From the human T2T-CHM13v2.0 reference genome, Homo sapiens: DNA of 64,000 nucleotides. The position numbers were made by a program, and so were the translations under genes. Below are positions 1 through 12,997 of this stretch, piece by piece; positions within the stretch are counted from its first letter, which is position 1, and every line of letters starts with the position of its first letter. The notes below the pieces were generated by a model, which was not told the DNA's origin, ran no database searches, and saw only the letters and a list, made by a program, of their open reading frames with translations. The stretch lies in the NCBI RefSeq assembly GCF_009914755.1, contig NC_060927.1; one strand, given 5' to 3'.

Positions 1-2026
1 TATAGGCAATTTTATTATTGTTTCAGAACATTTACTCTCCCTCCCAGTAAGAGGATTATATAACCCCACCAGTTGCCACATGACATTTAGGGCCCCCTCT
101 GAAGTTACAAGTCCTCGCCCCCACTGCTTCAGTCCATAGCATTGTAGAGAATGTGACACACACCACAACTTTAGAGAATCTTAATAACCTTAATAACCAC
201 TGTGCATTTCCACCCGTTCCTTTGCTGTTATTTCTTGCCATGAAAGCAAGCATGGATTCTATACTAAGACGTGAGGAATAGAATCACAACATATTCACAG
301 CAACCAATTGCTAACATGAGAAATAAATTATTGTCTTGTAGGCTAATGAGATTCGGAGGATTTGTTAATGCAGCCTTATCCAGTAGAAGCTGGCAACTAC
401 AGCTACATATAGATTTCTCTGTTATAACATATTTGGTATAAACACAAAAACAACTTAAGTGCAATTTTGTGCATCTCTAGAATCCAAAAGAACAACCTGT
501 TTAGTAAGTAATGTAATGGCCCAATGGGTTCACCTTGCCCCTCCCTAGACAAAGCCAATTTATCAAGGCAAGGGAATTGCAACAGAGAAAGAGTAATTCA
601 TGCAAAAGCCAGCTGTGTGGGAGATTGGAGTTATATTATTACTCAAATCAGTCTCTCTAAAAACTCAGGGATTGGAGTTTTTAAGGTTAATTTGGCAGGT
701 AGGGTCAAGGGAAGTGGGGATTGTTTGGTCAGGTTGGAGATGGAATCACAGGGGGTGGAAGTGTGTTCTTCTTGCTGTCTTCTGTTCATGGGTAAGATTG
801 CAAAACTGGTTGAGCCAGATTACCGGTCTGGGCAGTGTTAACTGGTGTGTTGGAACACAGGGTTTGCAAAATGTCTCAAGCACTACACCTAAATTTTATA
901 ACAGTGATGTTATTCCCAAGAACAATTGGGAGGCTCACACTCTTGCAGCCCGAGGCTACATGGCACCTAAACTGTAATTTCTAATCTTGTAGCTAATTTG
1001 TTAGTACTACAAAGACAGACTGGTCTCCAGGCAAGAAGGTTTGTTTTGTTTTGTTTTGTTTTGTTTTCTGGGAAAGGGCTATTACCAATTTTGTTTAAAA
1101 GTTAAACTGTAAACTAAATTCCTTCCCAAGGTTAGTTTGGCCTATGCCAGGAATAAACAAGTAGAGCTTATAGGTTAGAAGCAAGATGGGGTCTGTTAGG
1201 TCTGATCTTTTTTACTGTCATAATTTTCTCAGTTATAATTTTTGCAAAGGTGTTTTCACTAATAGGAATGTGCAAAAGGCTAGAAAAAGTAGTCTGAGTC
1301 ATAAATTTTAAAGGAAAGAGCATCTTTTATATTTTAAAATCTTATGATTATGTTAACATAAATACTATGATTTCAAAAGTATAACATCATTCTTGATATT
1401 GAGACATTATATTTCAAAATGCCTCAGATGCTAAAAACAAAATAACAAATTCAAAGGAAGAGTCATAGAAAGTAGTATCCTTCATGGTGTCTAGCAATGC
1501 TTGGAGCAAATGCAGCAACACCCAGTACTGGTTAAGAATGGGGCTTTTTGAGGCATTTTGTGGGCCAAGGGTTAGCAAGGAAAGGTACAGTGCCCTAATC
1601 TCTTATATTCTCTCAAGGGCCATAGAGACCAAGAGTGTGGTTTATTTTTGAGGAAAGGGGCATTACCTTACAAAAAAAAAAAAAAAAAAAAACAGAGTAG
1701 CAAATATGCAAGCATTAAAAAGAATAATTTTCTATCGGAAAAGTGCAGGTTTATTGGTGAGCATGGATTTAGGTTCCTGCTATTTGCTTATAGGAATTGC
1801 CTCAGAAAACCAGATGTCTCATGAGGATCTTGGGCCCCATAATTTGTGGAACTTGGGTGCCACATCTTCTTCTGGGAGAAATAGCCTTGGTTCCCAAATG
1901 GGTCATTGTCCAGGCAACTTAGAATGGTTTCCCAAGGTCACCATTAGACACATCTCCACAAAAATCAAGATGAGGGAGTGGGAGTTAGGGAAAATGTGGG
2001 GAGGTAGGAAATTTTCAGGATTTTAA
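1..2026 (-). mobile_element. Probable degraded ERV internal fragment (ERV1/MER4-group-like), interrupted by an LTR8-like solo LTR
   Basis: Sequence texture resembles ERV internal DNA on both sides of the LTR; no diagnostic protein motif seen; boundaries approximate. Confidence 0.35.
512..1258 (-). mobile_element. LTR8/LTR8A-like solo LTR (ERV1)
   Basis: Minus strand begins TGAAAACACCTTTGCAAAAATTATAACTGAG, like LTR8; plus strand starts TGTAATGGCCCAATGGGTTCACCTTGCCC; TG...CA ends; flanks GTAA/CTAA; internal (TTTTG)n at ~1039-1068. Confidence 0.85.
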
Positions 2027-2666
2027 CCTTACGCAGAGTCAAATCATTTTAGTAATAATTTTGTTTTTATGATTATATTTTGTAATAATAATACATGCAA
2101 TCAAAACTAACATTTATTAAGAATTTGCTGTGCTCAGTGTTAAGCACATTGCAGGGTTTAGCTCATTTAATCATTCATTATTAGATTACATGGATATAAG
2201 TGGTTTTAGCATCTTTATGATGCAAATGGTAAATCTGAAACTTATAAAGCTTAAACACATTTTGCAGGATCATGTTACTGGCATAGCTAGAACTCAAAGT
2301 CATGCCTGTTAGAGTTCCAAAGTGAGGTATAAAAATTACCCTGTAATGTCATTTACCTTTAAAATGAGTGGGACAAATATTTGGCAATTATTACTGACTC
2401 ACAAAGTAAAAAATATTGCTAAATTTCTGAAAGAATATGAACGCTACTCAATGGTGCAAGACATTATTGAATATCATAGCAATTTCTGAACACATTTATT
2501 TTTCTGATTTTAATTTCAGAAAAAAATAAAACCCCCAACTTCTAAAATTAGACAATCGTAATAAAATATATATCAATTCTCTAGGTATTGGTTTTGATTC
2601 ATAAAATACTTCTGTAAGTTCTTCATAAAACATTTTCTAGGACAGAAAATATGTTCGTGGACTTTT

Positions 2667-3004
<338 letters not shown>

Positions 3005-3574
3005 TAACCTGAATGGCATTTTGGAGAAACACTGAGAATTAACATGTGCAACAAATTTATCTTAGCGCCAAAAGAGAAAAATAATAAATGAAAAGAGTAT
3101 GCTGGCAGACATGTCTCTAAAATCATTTTAAAAATCTGTTTTCTAAACCCATTTCTAGTATTGCATAATCAATATTTACTTGATACTCAAATTGGCTTCA
3201 GGCTTTTCACCCAAAACCATTTCCATAGTTTTTCAGGAATTATAATTTATTTTTAGAGTCAATAGATTGAATATTTGTTAAATTTGAAAACCAAACTTCA
3301 TAAATGGACTTATTGCTGCCTCCTACATTGTTTTTAATTGAAAAAAATGTATGGGAATTGAAAGTAATAGTTTATCCCAGCTGTTTGGAAAAGGTTTTAT
3401 TTTTGGGTAGGAAGACTATCATTAATAATATTACTTCTAGGAAACATGCACACACACACACTATAATTTTCACAGTTATGAGGAAGGAATTAGGCATCTG
3501 TGAATTGCTTGGCTGTCAGAGACTTCCAATAGAATCCTCTTCATTTGATTAGTGAAAACAAATTTAGTGAAAAT

Positions 3575-3790
3575 CATGTGAGTGTTGCAAGCAGACAGAC
3601 CTTTTATTTCAGAACCTTACTTTATTAACTGTGGAGAATTTGGCCAGGTAACACCTTAAGTTTCTTATGATATAGGCAATGATTCCTTTATGTTGAAAGA
3701 GCATAATAATAGTTTCTTCAGAGTAATTGTGAATGTTAGAGTAAAATATTTAAAACACAATTTCTAGCATGTAGTAAACTCTTCAGAAAA
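3575..3790 (+). mobile_element. MIR fragment
   Basis: Degenerate MIR-like core (...ACTGTGGAGAATTTGGCCAGGTAAC...TAGTAAACTCTTCAG). Confidence 0.5.
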
Positions 3791-3905
3791 CTGTACCTCT
3801 CTTATATATTACATTAGAGCATTTCAAATGTTATTTACCTTGCTCTTCTATTTCTGTCTACTTTGATTTTTAATGCTGTTTCACCACAAAACATTTTTAT
3901 GTACC

Positions 3906-4317
3906 TGATATGGTTTGGATCTGTCCTCAGCCAAATCTCATCTACAATTGTAATTCTCAGTTTTAGAAGTGGGGCCTGGTGGCAGGTGATTGGATCATGG
4001 GGATGGTTTCTCATGGTCTAACACCATCTTCCTTGGTGCTGTCTTTACGATAATAAGTTCTCCTGAGATTCACTTGTTTAAAAATGTGTGGCACTTCCCC
4101 ACCCACCTCACTCTGCCTCCTGCTCTGGCCATGTGAAGTGCTGGCTCCCTTTTCGCATTCCCCAGTGACTGTAAGTTTCCTGAGGCTTCCCCAGAAGCAG
4201 AAGCTCCTACACTTCCTGTACAGCCTGCAAATCCATGAGCCAATTAAACCTCTTTTCTTTATAAATTACTCAGTCTCAAGTATTTCTTTATAGCAATGCA
4301 AGAATGGTCTAATATCA
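3906..4317 (+). mobile_element. MST (MSTA/MSTB) MaLR solo LTR
   Basis: Starts TGATATGGTTTGGATCTGT; ends CCAATTAAACCTCTTTTCTTTATAAATTAC...GGTCTAATATCA. Confidence 0.9.
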
Positions 4318-4359
4318 TATTTAAAAAATAGTTCTCATAGAAAAGAAATAATACCTACC

Positions 4360-4570
4360 CTTTATGGAGTACTCACTTTGTACTAGTCAGCGTGATATGC
4401 ATTTACATTTATTCCTTCATTTACTCCTTATAGCAATGGAATAATATAGATGCTGTTGTGCCCATTTTATAGATGAGAAATGTGGCTCACCATATTGACT
4501 TTTATAAGATCAAACTATTATTCAGTGGGCAAGCCATAATTCAAATTCCATTTTTCCTGAGTCCAGTTTT
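4360..4570 (-). mobile_element. MIR fragment
   Basis: Core CCCATTTTATAGATGAGAAATGTGGCTC. Confidence 0.6.
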
Positions 4571-4869
4571 TTTCACAAAGATATCTCACTTCTGATCAAA
4601 TTATGAATCATAAAGAGTTCTGAATATACGTTATTGTCATAAGGAAATTCTATTACAATATGGAACCCAGCAACAGTGCTATAAACAAACAACATTCAAT
4701 GCAAACAATGGCAAAGATAAAAAAGGGGAAAGAGTTAAAATATAATTGCTGTCTTTACAACCTTTTGCATTTATTTAGAATCGCATTGTGTTGAAGTGTT
4801 TTATAATATTTGTAATGAAACACACCATAAATATCAATGATATCTGAAATTCTGAAGGGAAGAAGGAGT

Positions 4870-7170
4870 GTCTTGTTAAGACCTTGTATTATGGCTTCAG
4901 TAGGTGCAAAGATATGTATGAAATTGATTTATATTTTTTTTATCTATAAGGCAAGATATTCCCAGATTACCCCAAAGAGCAATCTTGGAGAAAGAATTAC
5001 TGCTACTATTGGCCAGGTCAGAGAGGAAGACCATTGCCAATGGGTTAAGCATCTAAAAAATGTCCAGTCGAGGGCAGAGAATCCAGTCAACATGACACGT
5101 CACAGCTGGATTCTTTATTAGACACATTCTGGTTAAGGGATGAAAGGCAGCCACATTCCACTGAGCTCCATCACATGTAATGGTAGCAATAATGTATCAA
5201 AAGGATATCGGCTTTCATTGCTACTCACTCAGGGGAGCTCCAGGAGTTCCTCAGGTTGTCAAGTGGTCTAGGAAGCAGTTTACGTCCTCCAGCACTATAG
5301 CATTACTGTAGTTTGGATGTTTTACCTTTCCAAACCTCACATTGAAATTTGATCCACAAAGTTGGAGGTTGGGCCTAATGGGATGTGATTGGGTCATGGA
5401 GGTGATTTCCTTATAAATGGCTTGGTGTTGTCCTCACAGTAATAAGTGAGTTAGTTCTCACTCTATTAGTTCCCATGAGAGCTGATTGGTGAAAATAACA
5501 TGGCACATCCCTTCTCTCTCTCTTGCTTCCACTCTCACATTTCTCTCTCTGATTTCTGTGCATGCCAGCTCCACTTTGCCTTTTGCCATGAGTGGAAGCA
5601 GCCTGAAGACCTCACCAGAGGCAGATGCAGGTGCCATGCTTCCTGTGAAGCCCAGAACTATGAACCAAATAAACCTCTTTTCTTTAAATTATTCAGCCTC
5701 AGGTATTCCTTTATAGCAACACAAAAGGACTAAGACAGGTATCAAGCAAAGGACTGAGGTCAAGAGAAACTATACCTTTCTGGAAGTGAGACATACCAAA
5801 GGGCCCAAGTTTGGCTTTATCCTGCAGCAAAAAGGTCTTTATAGCCCTGCTAAACATGTGGGGGTGTTGCTTTCATAACCCAAAGCATAAGGGGCAGGCA
5901 CACACAAAAGGACAAGGGCTCGAGGTGCATGAAAGATTCTGTTTACAAGATGTTCCAATATTGAACAATAATTGCTGCTCTAATGGTAATAATACAAGGC
6001 CAAAGAAGTGATTTTCTTTTTAGAAACCCATCCTGTAAGCAACCTACAGGAATCACGGATGGTCTAGGGACTCAAGAAAGCATGAGAGAAAGTTGCTAAC
6101 ACCTATATAGCAAAGGAGTCCCTCAGAACACTAATAAGAGCATTTGTTTTATGGCTATCTGGAAAGATTCTAAAGTCTTTTGTTGAAAAAGGTCTCATTC
6201 AAGGTGGGTCAGTTTGCAAATAGTAGCATAAATTATTTTAAGTAAAATGTATTAATTAGTAATATGTTGGTTCCAGAAGCCAAAAGGCCTAAGAGGTTTG
6301 GGACTTGTTTTAACACCATGAATGCTGAGAGAGTTAATAGCTCTTTTCTAGCATTGTCATAAGTGAAACAGCCCTTGGGCTATCAAATAATATTCAAGAT
6401 TTTAAATGAAGTGGAGGGCATTGCACTGTGTGTATGGCAATGACCCGTCCTTTTTTCATGAGTTCCTTTATAAGTCCTGAATCAGTGTGTCAAATACATG
6501 AACTTGGAGGAGGATGTCATCAATACAATGTCATACCATGTTCCCAGATAAAGTAGGAAACAATTTAGATCCAGTCTACAAAGAGTTCTGAGGATGGCAA
6601 AGCTGTTAAGGTATTCCATGATTATCCAGATGAAAGTATTTGGTTTTGCAAAGGTTAAGGTAAACCGTGGCTGAGAGACTGTTGAAATAGGCACTGAACA
6701 GAACATATTAGACAAATCTATAACAGCAAAATATTTATTGGATGTTTATTGGAGTCAGTAATTTAATTAATATTAGGTATGGTAGCCCTAAGAGGTATCT
6801 AGGTGCAATAATCCACTACGAGGTATCATTCATTCCAAGCTCAAGACTAGGTCAAATTAATTGTTATTTCAAATTATGTAACAGGTTGTTAAATGGAGAA
6901 GTAGTGGGGATAATCATCCCCTCACTAAATAGGTCTTGTATAATGGATTTGTGACTTATATTGGGCTGTATTAAAAATTGTAATGAGTTGAGGCAAAACT
7001 ATAGATTTCCATTTGGTGAGACCAAAAGCCATGGCCAGTCTTAAATCTATATTAATTTATCATTCACTGGATCAGAGTGCCCATGCTCACTATGGAATAT
7101 TTTAGGGCAACGAATACTATGAACATGGGGAATTTAGGCAAGGAATATTCCTGTGATTAAGGTGAGACAT
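4870..7170 (-). pseudogene. Degenerate class III (ERVL-like) pol remnant
   Basis: Minus strand reads GMIIPTTSPFN, then DLSNMFCSVPISTVSQPRFTLTF..IMEYLNS (RT DLANAFFS/LPQGY-like), then HCIDDILL (YxDD-like) near 6510-6530; frameshifted. Confidence 0.75.
5304..5737 (+). mobile_element. MST (MSTB1/MSTC/MSTD-like) solo LTR inserted in the class III pol
   Basis: GTAGTTTGGATGTT...CCAAATAAACCTCTTTTCTTTAAATTATTCAGCCTCAGGTATTCC...GGACTAAGACA. Confidence 0.85.
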
Positions 7171-7224
7171 ACCCATTTATCTTCTATTTTATGTTTATTA
7201 ACACTATTTTTTACATTGAAAATT

Positions 7225-7500
7225 ATAATATGCTATTGAAATAAATTAAGAAAAACCTAAATAAATGAAAAGGCATTCTGTGTTTATGGATTATAACTCT
7301 TAATATTTTTAAATGGCAATAGTTACCAAATCACTCTACCAACTTAACCAATCATTTACTTCCCAATTTACTTACTAAAAAGGTACACTAATCAAATAGT
7401 GTTGTACTGGCATAAAGATAAATATTTAGATCATGGAATATAGTTCAGAGTCCAGAAATAGGTCTTTACATTTATAGTTAATTGAGTTTCAAAAGGGATA
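7225..7500 (+). mobile_element. Old L1 (L1M) ORF2 fragment
   Basis: L1-like AAACCTAAATAAATGAAAAGGCATTCTGTGTTTATGGATT...GTACTGGCATAAAGATA. Confidence 0.7.
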
Positions 7501-9400
7501 CATCTAAGATTTTCTCTTTGTCTGTGATCCTCAACATTTTATGATATGGCTGGTTGTAGGTCAATGTATAGCTATCTCACTTGGAGTTCATTGTGCTTTT
7601 TGGATGTGTAGATTATTATCTTTCATCAAATTTTGGAAGTTTTCTGCCATTATTTCTTTGAAGTTTTTCCTGCTTCTTTCTCTTTCCCCTCTACTTCTAG
7701 TACTCTTGGGGATAAGTTGATGCACTCAATGGCCTCCCACGTCTCTGAGGCTCTGTTCATTTATCCTCATTATTTTACCTCTTTGTTACTCAGATTTTAT
7801 AATCTCTATTGACTTACCTTCAAGTTAACTGATTCTTCTGCCAGCTCAAACCTACTGTAAAACCTGTTGAGTAAATGTTTCATTTCAGTTATTGTACATT
7901 TGCACTTCAGATTTTCCATTTGGTTCTTTTTTATAATATGTATATCTTTATTGATATTCTATATTTGAGGAGCTTCTCTCATCAGATCTGTCATTACTTC
8001 TCTAAATTTTATTTCCTTTGGATAAAAGATCATATTTCTAATAGGTGCTTTGAAGTCCCTGTCTGCTAAGACCAGCATCTGGACCCTCCAAAGTCAGTTT
8101 TATTACCTATTTATCATTTATGGTTCACACTTTCCTGTTTCTTTTCATTTCCCATCATATTTTGTGAAAAACTGGACATTTTAATAAATATATTGTAACA
8201 ATTTGTGTACTAATATCTCCCACCTCTGATCTTGCTATTATTACTGTTTGCTTATTAACTTGCTTAGTAACCTGGCTGGACTACTCAGTGAATCTACTCT
8301 CCTCACAGCGTGCAGCCTCTGACATCGCTCATCAAATGTCACAGCCTTGGGCATGCACACAGTCTTTCTGACCATCAGAGATGATTGTGGTGTTAACTGT
8401 GCTAATTTTGAGTGTCTCCTTTCTTGATCTCTTCTTTAGGTTCTGACTGGTCTCCTTTTATTAGTATCAAACATAGCTGTTAGCCTTTATTGTTTTTAAC
8501 AACTCCTTAGAACATAAATTCCTCCAGGGTTACCTTACCCTGGGCAAAACCTCTGCACAATGGAGCAGAACTAATGACAAAAGATGAAAAATTGCTCTTC
8601 ACTGGCTTCCTACCAGGAACCTTCCTATGGAGTAGGAACTGCCATGAGAGGCGAGGAGTGTGAGGATCCTCATAAGGATCCCTCACGAGGATGGAAACCG
8701 CATGAGAGTGGGAATTTGTGCCACCGTCTGACTGCTACTACCTAGTATAAACTTTCTGTAGCCCAGTGTCAAGGAGGATAGGATTATCTAATATTCATTG
8801 GCTGCCAAATTAACCTCAAATAGGTCTTCTACCTATTTTGGATAACTGGGGGCTGTCACTTGGCTGAACCCACTGAAGCAACTTTTCTGAATTTCAGAAT
8901 TCTGCCTGGAAGATGGGCTGTACACTTTACCAGCTACTTCACCATGATGCTCCATATGTAGCAGGAGCTAGGGATGGGAAAAGAGAAACCATCACCTGGT
9001 TGCCACCATCCACTCAAATTAGGCCTGCCATGACATGTATGTTTTGGAAAATGAGATATTTCAGGCTGCAGAAACATCTCTGAATACATGTTCAACCCTA
9101 GGAAGCTGTGGTAGATGGTAACAATCATTCGGCTGCTGAGTCAGTTGTAACAGAAAATCCTATACACAGATCTAAGAGGATACAGGTGAAGTTCTATCTT
9201 CTATTCATGGCCTACCACTGTTTATCTAAGATCCAAAAAAATTGATTTTGTTGAATAAATTTTCAATGTGTTATAAGTTCATTGGACAATATCCAAAGAT
9301 TGAGTAATTGTCTTTGCTAATTTTGACCACCTTAATATATGCTCCATTAGGGAACAAATTTTCTGAGTTCCTGATATCATCTTTCTGATAGTCTTTCCCT
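7501..9400 (-). mobile_element. Old L1 (L1M) 5'/ORF1-region fragments
   Basis: Antisense L1 motifs, e.g. TTTCATCAAATTTTGGAAGTTTTCTGCCATTATTTCTT and CTCTGAGGCTCTGTTCATT; right boundary uncertain. Confidence 0.6.
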
Positions 9401-9972
9401 GGTTTTTTTTTAATGCTTCTTTTTCCCTGATGTCTGGGAAACCAGAGGATTATTGCAGTTGATCAAGTATTTCTAATTATTCATATCATTTGACAAAATG
9501 TTACCAGTATGCATGATTAGATTTTTGGAATCCTGCATTCATTTAAAAAACTGTTTCCAGGGAATTTATGTTAGGTATTCCTCTCAAGAATTATTTTACT
9601 TTTCTCAATTATATTAAGACACTGTACATTCAATAGTAATAACAACGATGAAAGTAATTTCTATAGGAATATCGTGTTGACATTTCTATCTCTCCTGCCA
9701 AAAAGCTTACCAATTAAACAAATGGTATGTAATCAGATAAACATGAATTATTAAAACAAGAAGATCAATAATAAAGTAGGTAAGGATTCTTGCCATTGTT
9801 TTGTATTTTTAGGATATACTTTGGCTATTTATTGAATAGATTCAGTTTTATATGTAATAGAATTTAGGAAGTAAACAAATAAGGAGACTTTAGTAGGTGT
9901 TTTGGTTTCCAGGAAACTTTAGGAGAAAAATATTTGGAAATACTATGTATATTATTTTTATATATATAATAG

Positions 9973-10558
9973 TATATAGATATGTCTATATATCCATATA
10001 TCTGTATATATAGACATGTCTATATATCCATATATCTGTATATATAGACATGTCTATATATCCATATATCTGTATATATAGACATGTCTATATATCCATA
10101 TATCTGTATATATAGACATGTCTATATATCCATATATCTGTATATATAGACATGCCTATATATCCATATATCTGTATATATAGACATGCCTATATATCCA
10201 TATATCTGTATATATAGACATGCCTATATATCCATATATCTGTATATATAGACATGCCTATATATCCATATATCTGTATATATAGACATGCCTATATATC
10301 CATATATCTGTATATATAGACATGCCTATATATCCATATATCTGTATATATAGATATGCCTATATATCCATATATCTGTATATATAGATATGCCTATATA
10401 TCCATATATCTGTATATATAGATATGCCTATATATCCATATATCTGTATATATAGATATGCCTATATATCCATATATCTGTATATATAGATATGCCTATA
10501 TATCCATATATCTGTATATACAGATATGCCTATATATCCATATATCTGTATATATAGA
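9973..10558. repeat. 34-bp minisatellite, ~17 copies
   Basis: Unit TATATATAGA[C/T]ATG[T/C]CTATATATCCATATATCTG with an exact 34-bp period. Confidence 0.98.
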
Positions 10559-10579
10559 TTTATAAATATATCACAGAGT

Positions 10580-11580
10580 TTGAAACAAGAAGGAAGAAAA
10601 TCTCCAGGGGGCAAATATGAAGAAAGAACTAGAAAGGAGGAGAATAACACTATGAAATAATATTTCTATAGCTTCTCTTTTTGATATTTGTGGACCTAAT
10701 GTATCCATTTCCCAGCAAGACGTGTATATACACCCCAAAAAACTGCTGCATAAGACAATTAGGAAGTTAAAACAAAACATTGAACTACCTATTTTCATTC
10801 ATTTTAAATATCACTTTTTAATTTTTTAATTGTGTAGGTTTCAATACATGAATATAGCAGCATATGATTATAATTTAGAATTAAATATTGCATAGTTTGT
10901 GGCACATCTAAGATTTTTTAATAGAAAAGAATGTAGTATGTAAAAAGTTTGGAGATCACTGATCTAGGGGCTTTAGTTGTAAGGAAAGGAGAAAATGGCT
11001 TGATCTTGTTCTGGGATGCTTGAAGGGTTACACTATTTAAGTAAATAAAGATTAGAATAAAATATTTCCTCAAGGCAAACAAATAATAACAAGGCTTATC
11101 TACATCAGATAATGAAGTATAAGAAAGGCAGAAACAAATAGATATGTTTGAATAAATAACAGAACTGAAAAGAGAGAACAAATAGATACTACAAAATCAA
11201 ATGTCTGAAATGAACTTGAATACATTAGTGAAGCAACAAATATAAATAGATAACATTTGCCATTTATGGTGTAAAGATTGGCTAAAATGCAAAATTGAGT
11301 CATATGTCTTTTATAACATATATGTATAAAACATAAGGGAGAGAATTATTGAAGCCAAGTGACAGAAAAATTCACACCAAGTACAACAATAATAATGACA
11401 AAAGCCATATCACAGTGAGATAAGGTAGGCATTTTGTTAAAGACGTTATTTAGGCTTGAAGGTAATATAATATAAATGCAATTATTAAATATGTAACAAT
11501 AATATATGTATTTTTCTAATATTCTGTCACCATTTATAAAGCAAAAACTGACAGAAGTAGAAGAAAAAAATTAAAATTTG
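10580..11580 (+). mobile_element. Old L1 (L1ME-like) fragments
   Basis: A-rich sequence resembling the L1 ORF1/ORF2 endonuclease region (AAGATTGGCTAAAATGC...TATAAAGCAAAAACTGACAGAA). Confidence 0.5.
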
Positions 11581-11584
11581 CCAT

Positions 11585-12005
11585 CTAAAATAGTGTAGAT
11601 GTTTGTCTCCTCCAAATCTTATGGTGAAATGTGTTTCCCAAGGTTGGAGGTTGGGCCTAGTGGGAGGTGATTGGATCATGGGGGCTGATCCCTGATGAGT
11701 GATTTTGTAGCATCTCCCTGATGATAAGTGAGTTACTGCTGCTCAGTCAGTTTATGGGAGATCTGGTTGCTTTAAAGTGTGTGGCATGCCTCTCCCCTAC
11801 CCCGTGGCTTCCACACTCACCATATGACATTCTGACTCCTCCTTTGCCTTCTGCCACGATTGTAAGCTTCACCTCACCAGAATGAGATGCTTGCACCGCA
11901 CATCCCCTACAGCCTGAGGAATAATGAGCCAATTAAACCTCTTTTCTTTTTAAAGTACCCAGCCTCAGGTATTTCTTTACAGCATTGTAAGTATGGTCTA
12001 ATATG
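11585..12005 (+). mobile_element. MSTB-like solo LTR
   Basis: GTTTGTCTCCTCCAAATCTTATGGTGAAATG...GAGCCAATTAAACCTCTTTTC...GGTCTAATATG. Confidence 0.85.
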
Positions 12006-12169
12006 ACATCATTCCAGGAAAACCAAAACACATGTTTCTCAATAACCTATAAAGCAAATGAAATAAAAAATTGAAAGAAGAGAGATTTTAATACACATTA
12101 GCAAATTTGATCCACCGTACATATAAAAACCCATAAAATTCACGATTAGAAATTTATCTTTTTGATTAA

Positions 12170-12707
12170 GCAGCCACGACTCCTTTTAAAACAGCACTGA
12201 TATAAAGTGATGAGGGTGGGGACAGTCTCCTATTAATTCCTATACTTATCATCTGGCTTAGAATCTTAAGTTTTCCCATGTTTCCAGAAACATCCACAAT
12301 TTTGGAAGAGCATAGGAATATCTTTCTTATGACCCTAGTTTCCAGAGAAAGGGAAACTGGCAGGGTCAAGTTCATGGGCTGCTTCCAAACTAGGTATAAG
12401 TTTATAGGTTACTGACTGGAAAGTTGTACTTTTGATCATTAATTTGATGCCCCCATGGTAAATGGGGGGAGGGCATATCTACACAAGGAATCTACACAGG
12501 CTGCATGCAACTAAAAGTCCTATCTATCTATAGCCCAACAAATGAAATCATTGGCCTCCTAGAAGCCAGTTCCCAGGGAATTCCAGCCACTACTACTACT
12601 ACACGTTCTCCTAAGAAGCACTGAGATAATACAATCTGGGCCAAATGCAGGGCTGTGCTCTAAATCCTTAAATATCAACACCAAATCCCAAGAGTTCTAA
12701 CCCATGC
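12170..12707 (-). mobile_element. Possible ERV pro/RT-junction remnant
   Basis: ORF 12166-12375 (-) segment MISIGINRRLSPPSSLYISAV loosely resembles the RT N-terminus (GII.P..SPYNS); weak. Confidence 0.3.
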
Positions 12708-12997
12708 TGTATTAGTTCATTTTCACACTGCTATGAGGAACTACCTGAGACTGGGTAATTTATGAAGAAAAGAGATTTAATTGACTGACAATTCTGCAGG
12801 CATAACAGGAAGCATGACAGGGAGGCCTCAGGAAACTTGTAATCATGGTGGAAGGAGAAGGGAAAGCAAGCCTTTCTTATCATGGCAGTATAGGAGAGAG
12901 AGTGAAGTAGAAAGCCCCATGATACAATCACCTCCCACCAGGCCTTCATCTAATTTGACATGAGATTTGGATGGGGACACAAATCCAAACCATATCA
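12708..12997 (-). mobile_element. MSTA-like LTR (3' LTR)
   Basis: TGTATTAGTTCATTTTCACACTGCTATG...CCAAACCATATCA. Confidence 0.9.

Noticed and set aside
1672-1692. Isolated poly(A) runs (also 41734-41754)
   Set aside because: No TSD or upstream retrocopy body visible; probably slippage
9973-10558. CRISPR-like periodic palindromic array
   Set aside because: No unique spacers, no cas genes, and the DNA is primate; it is a minisatellite
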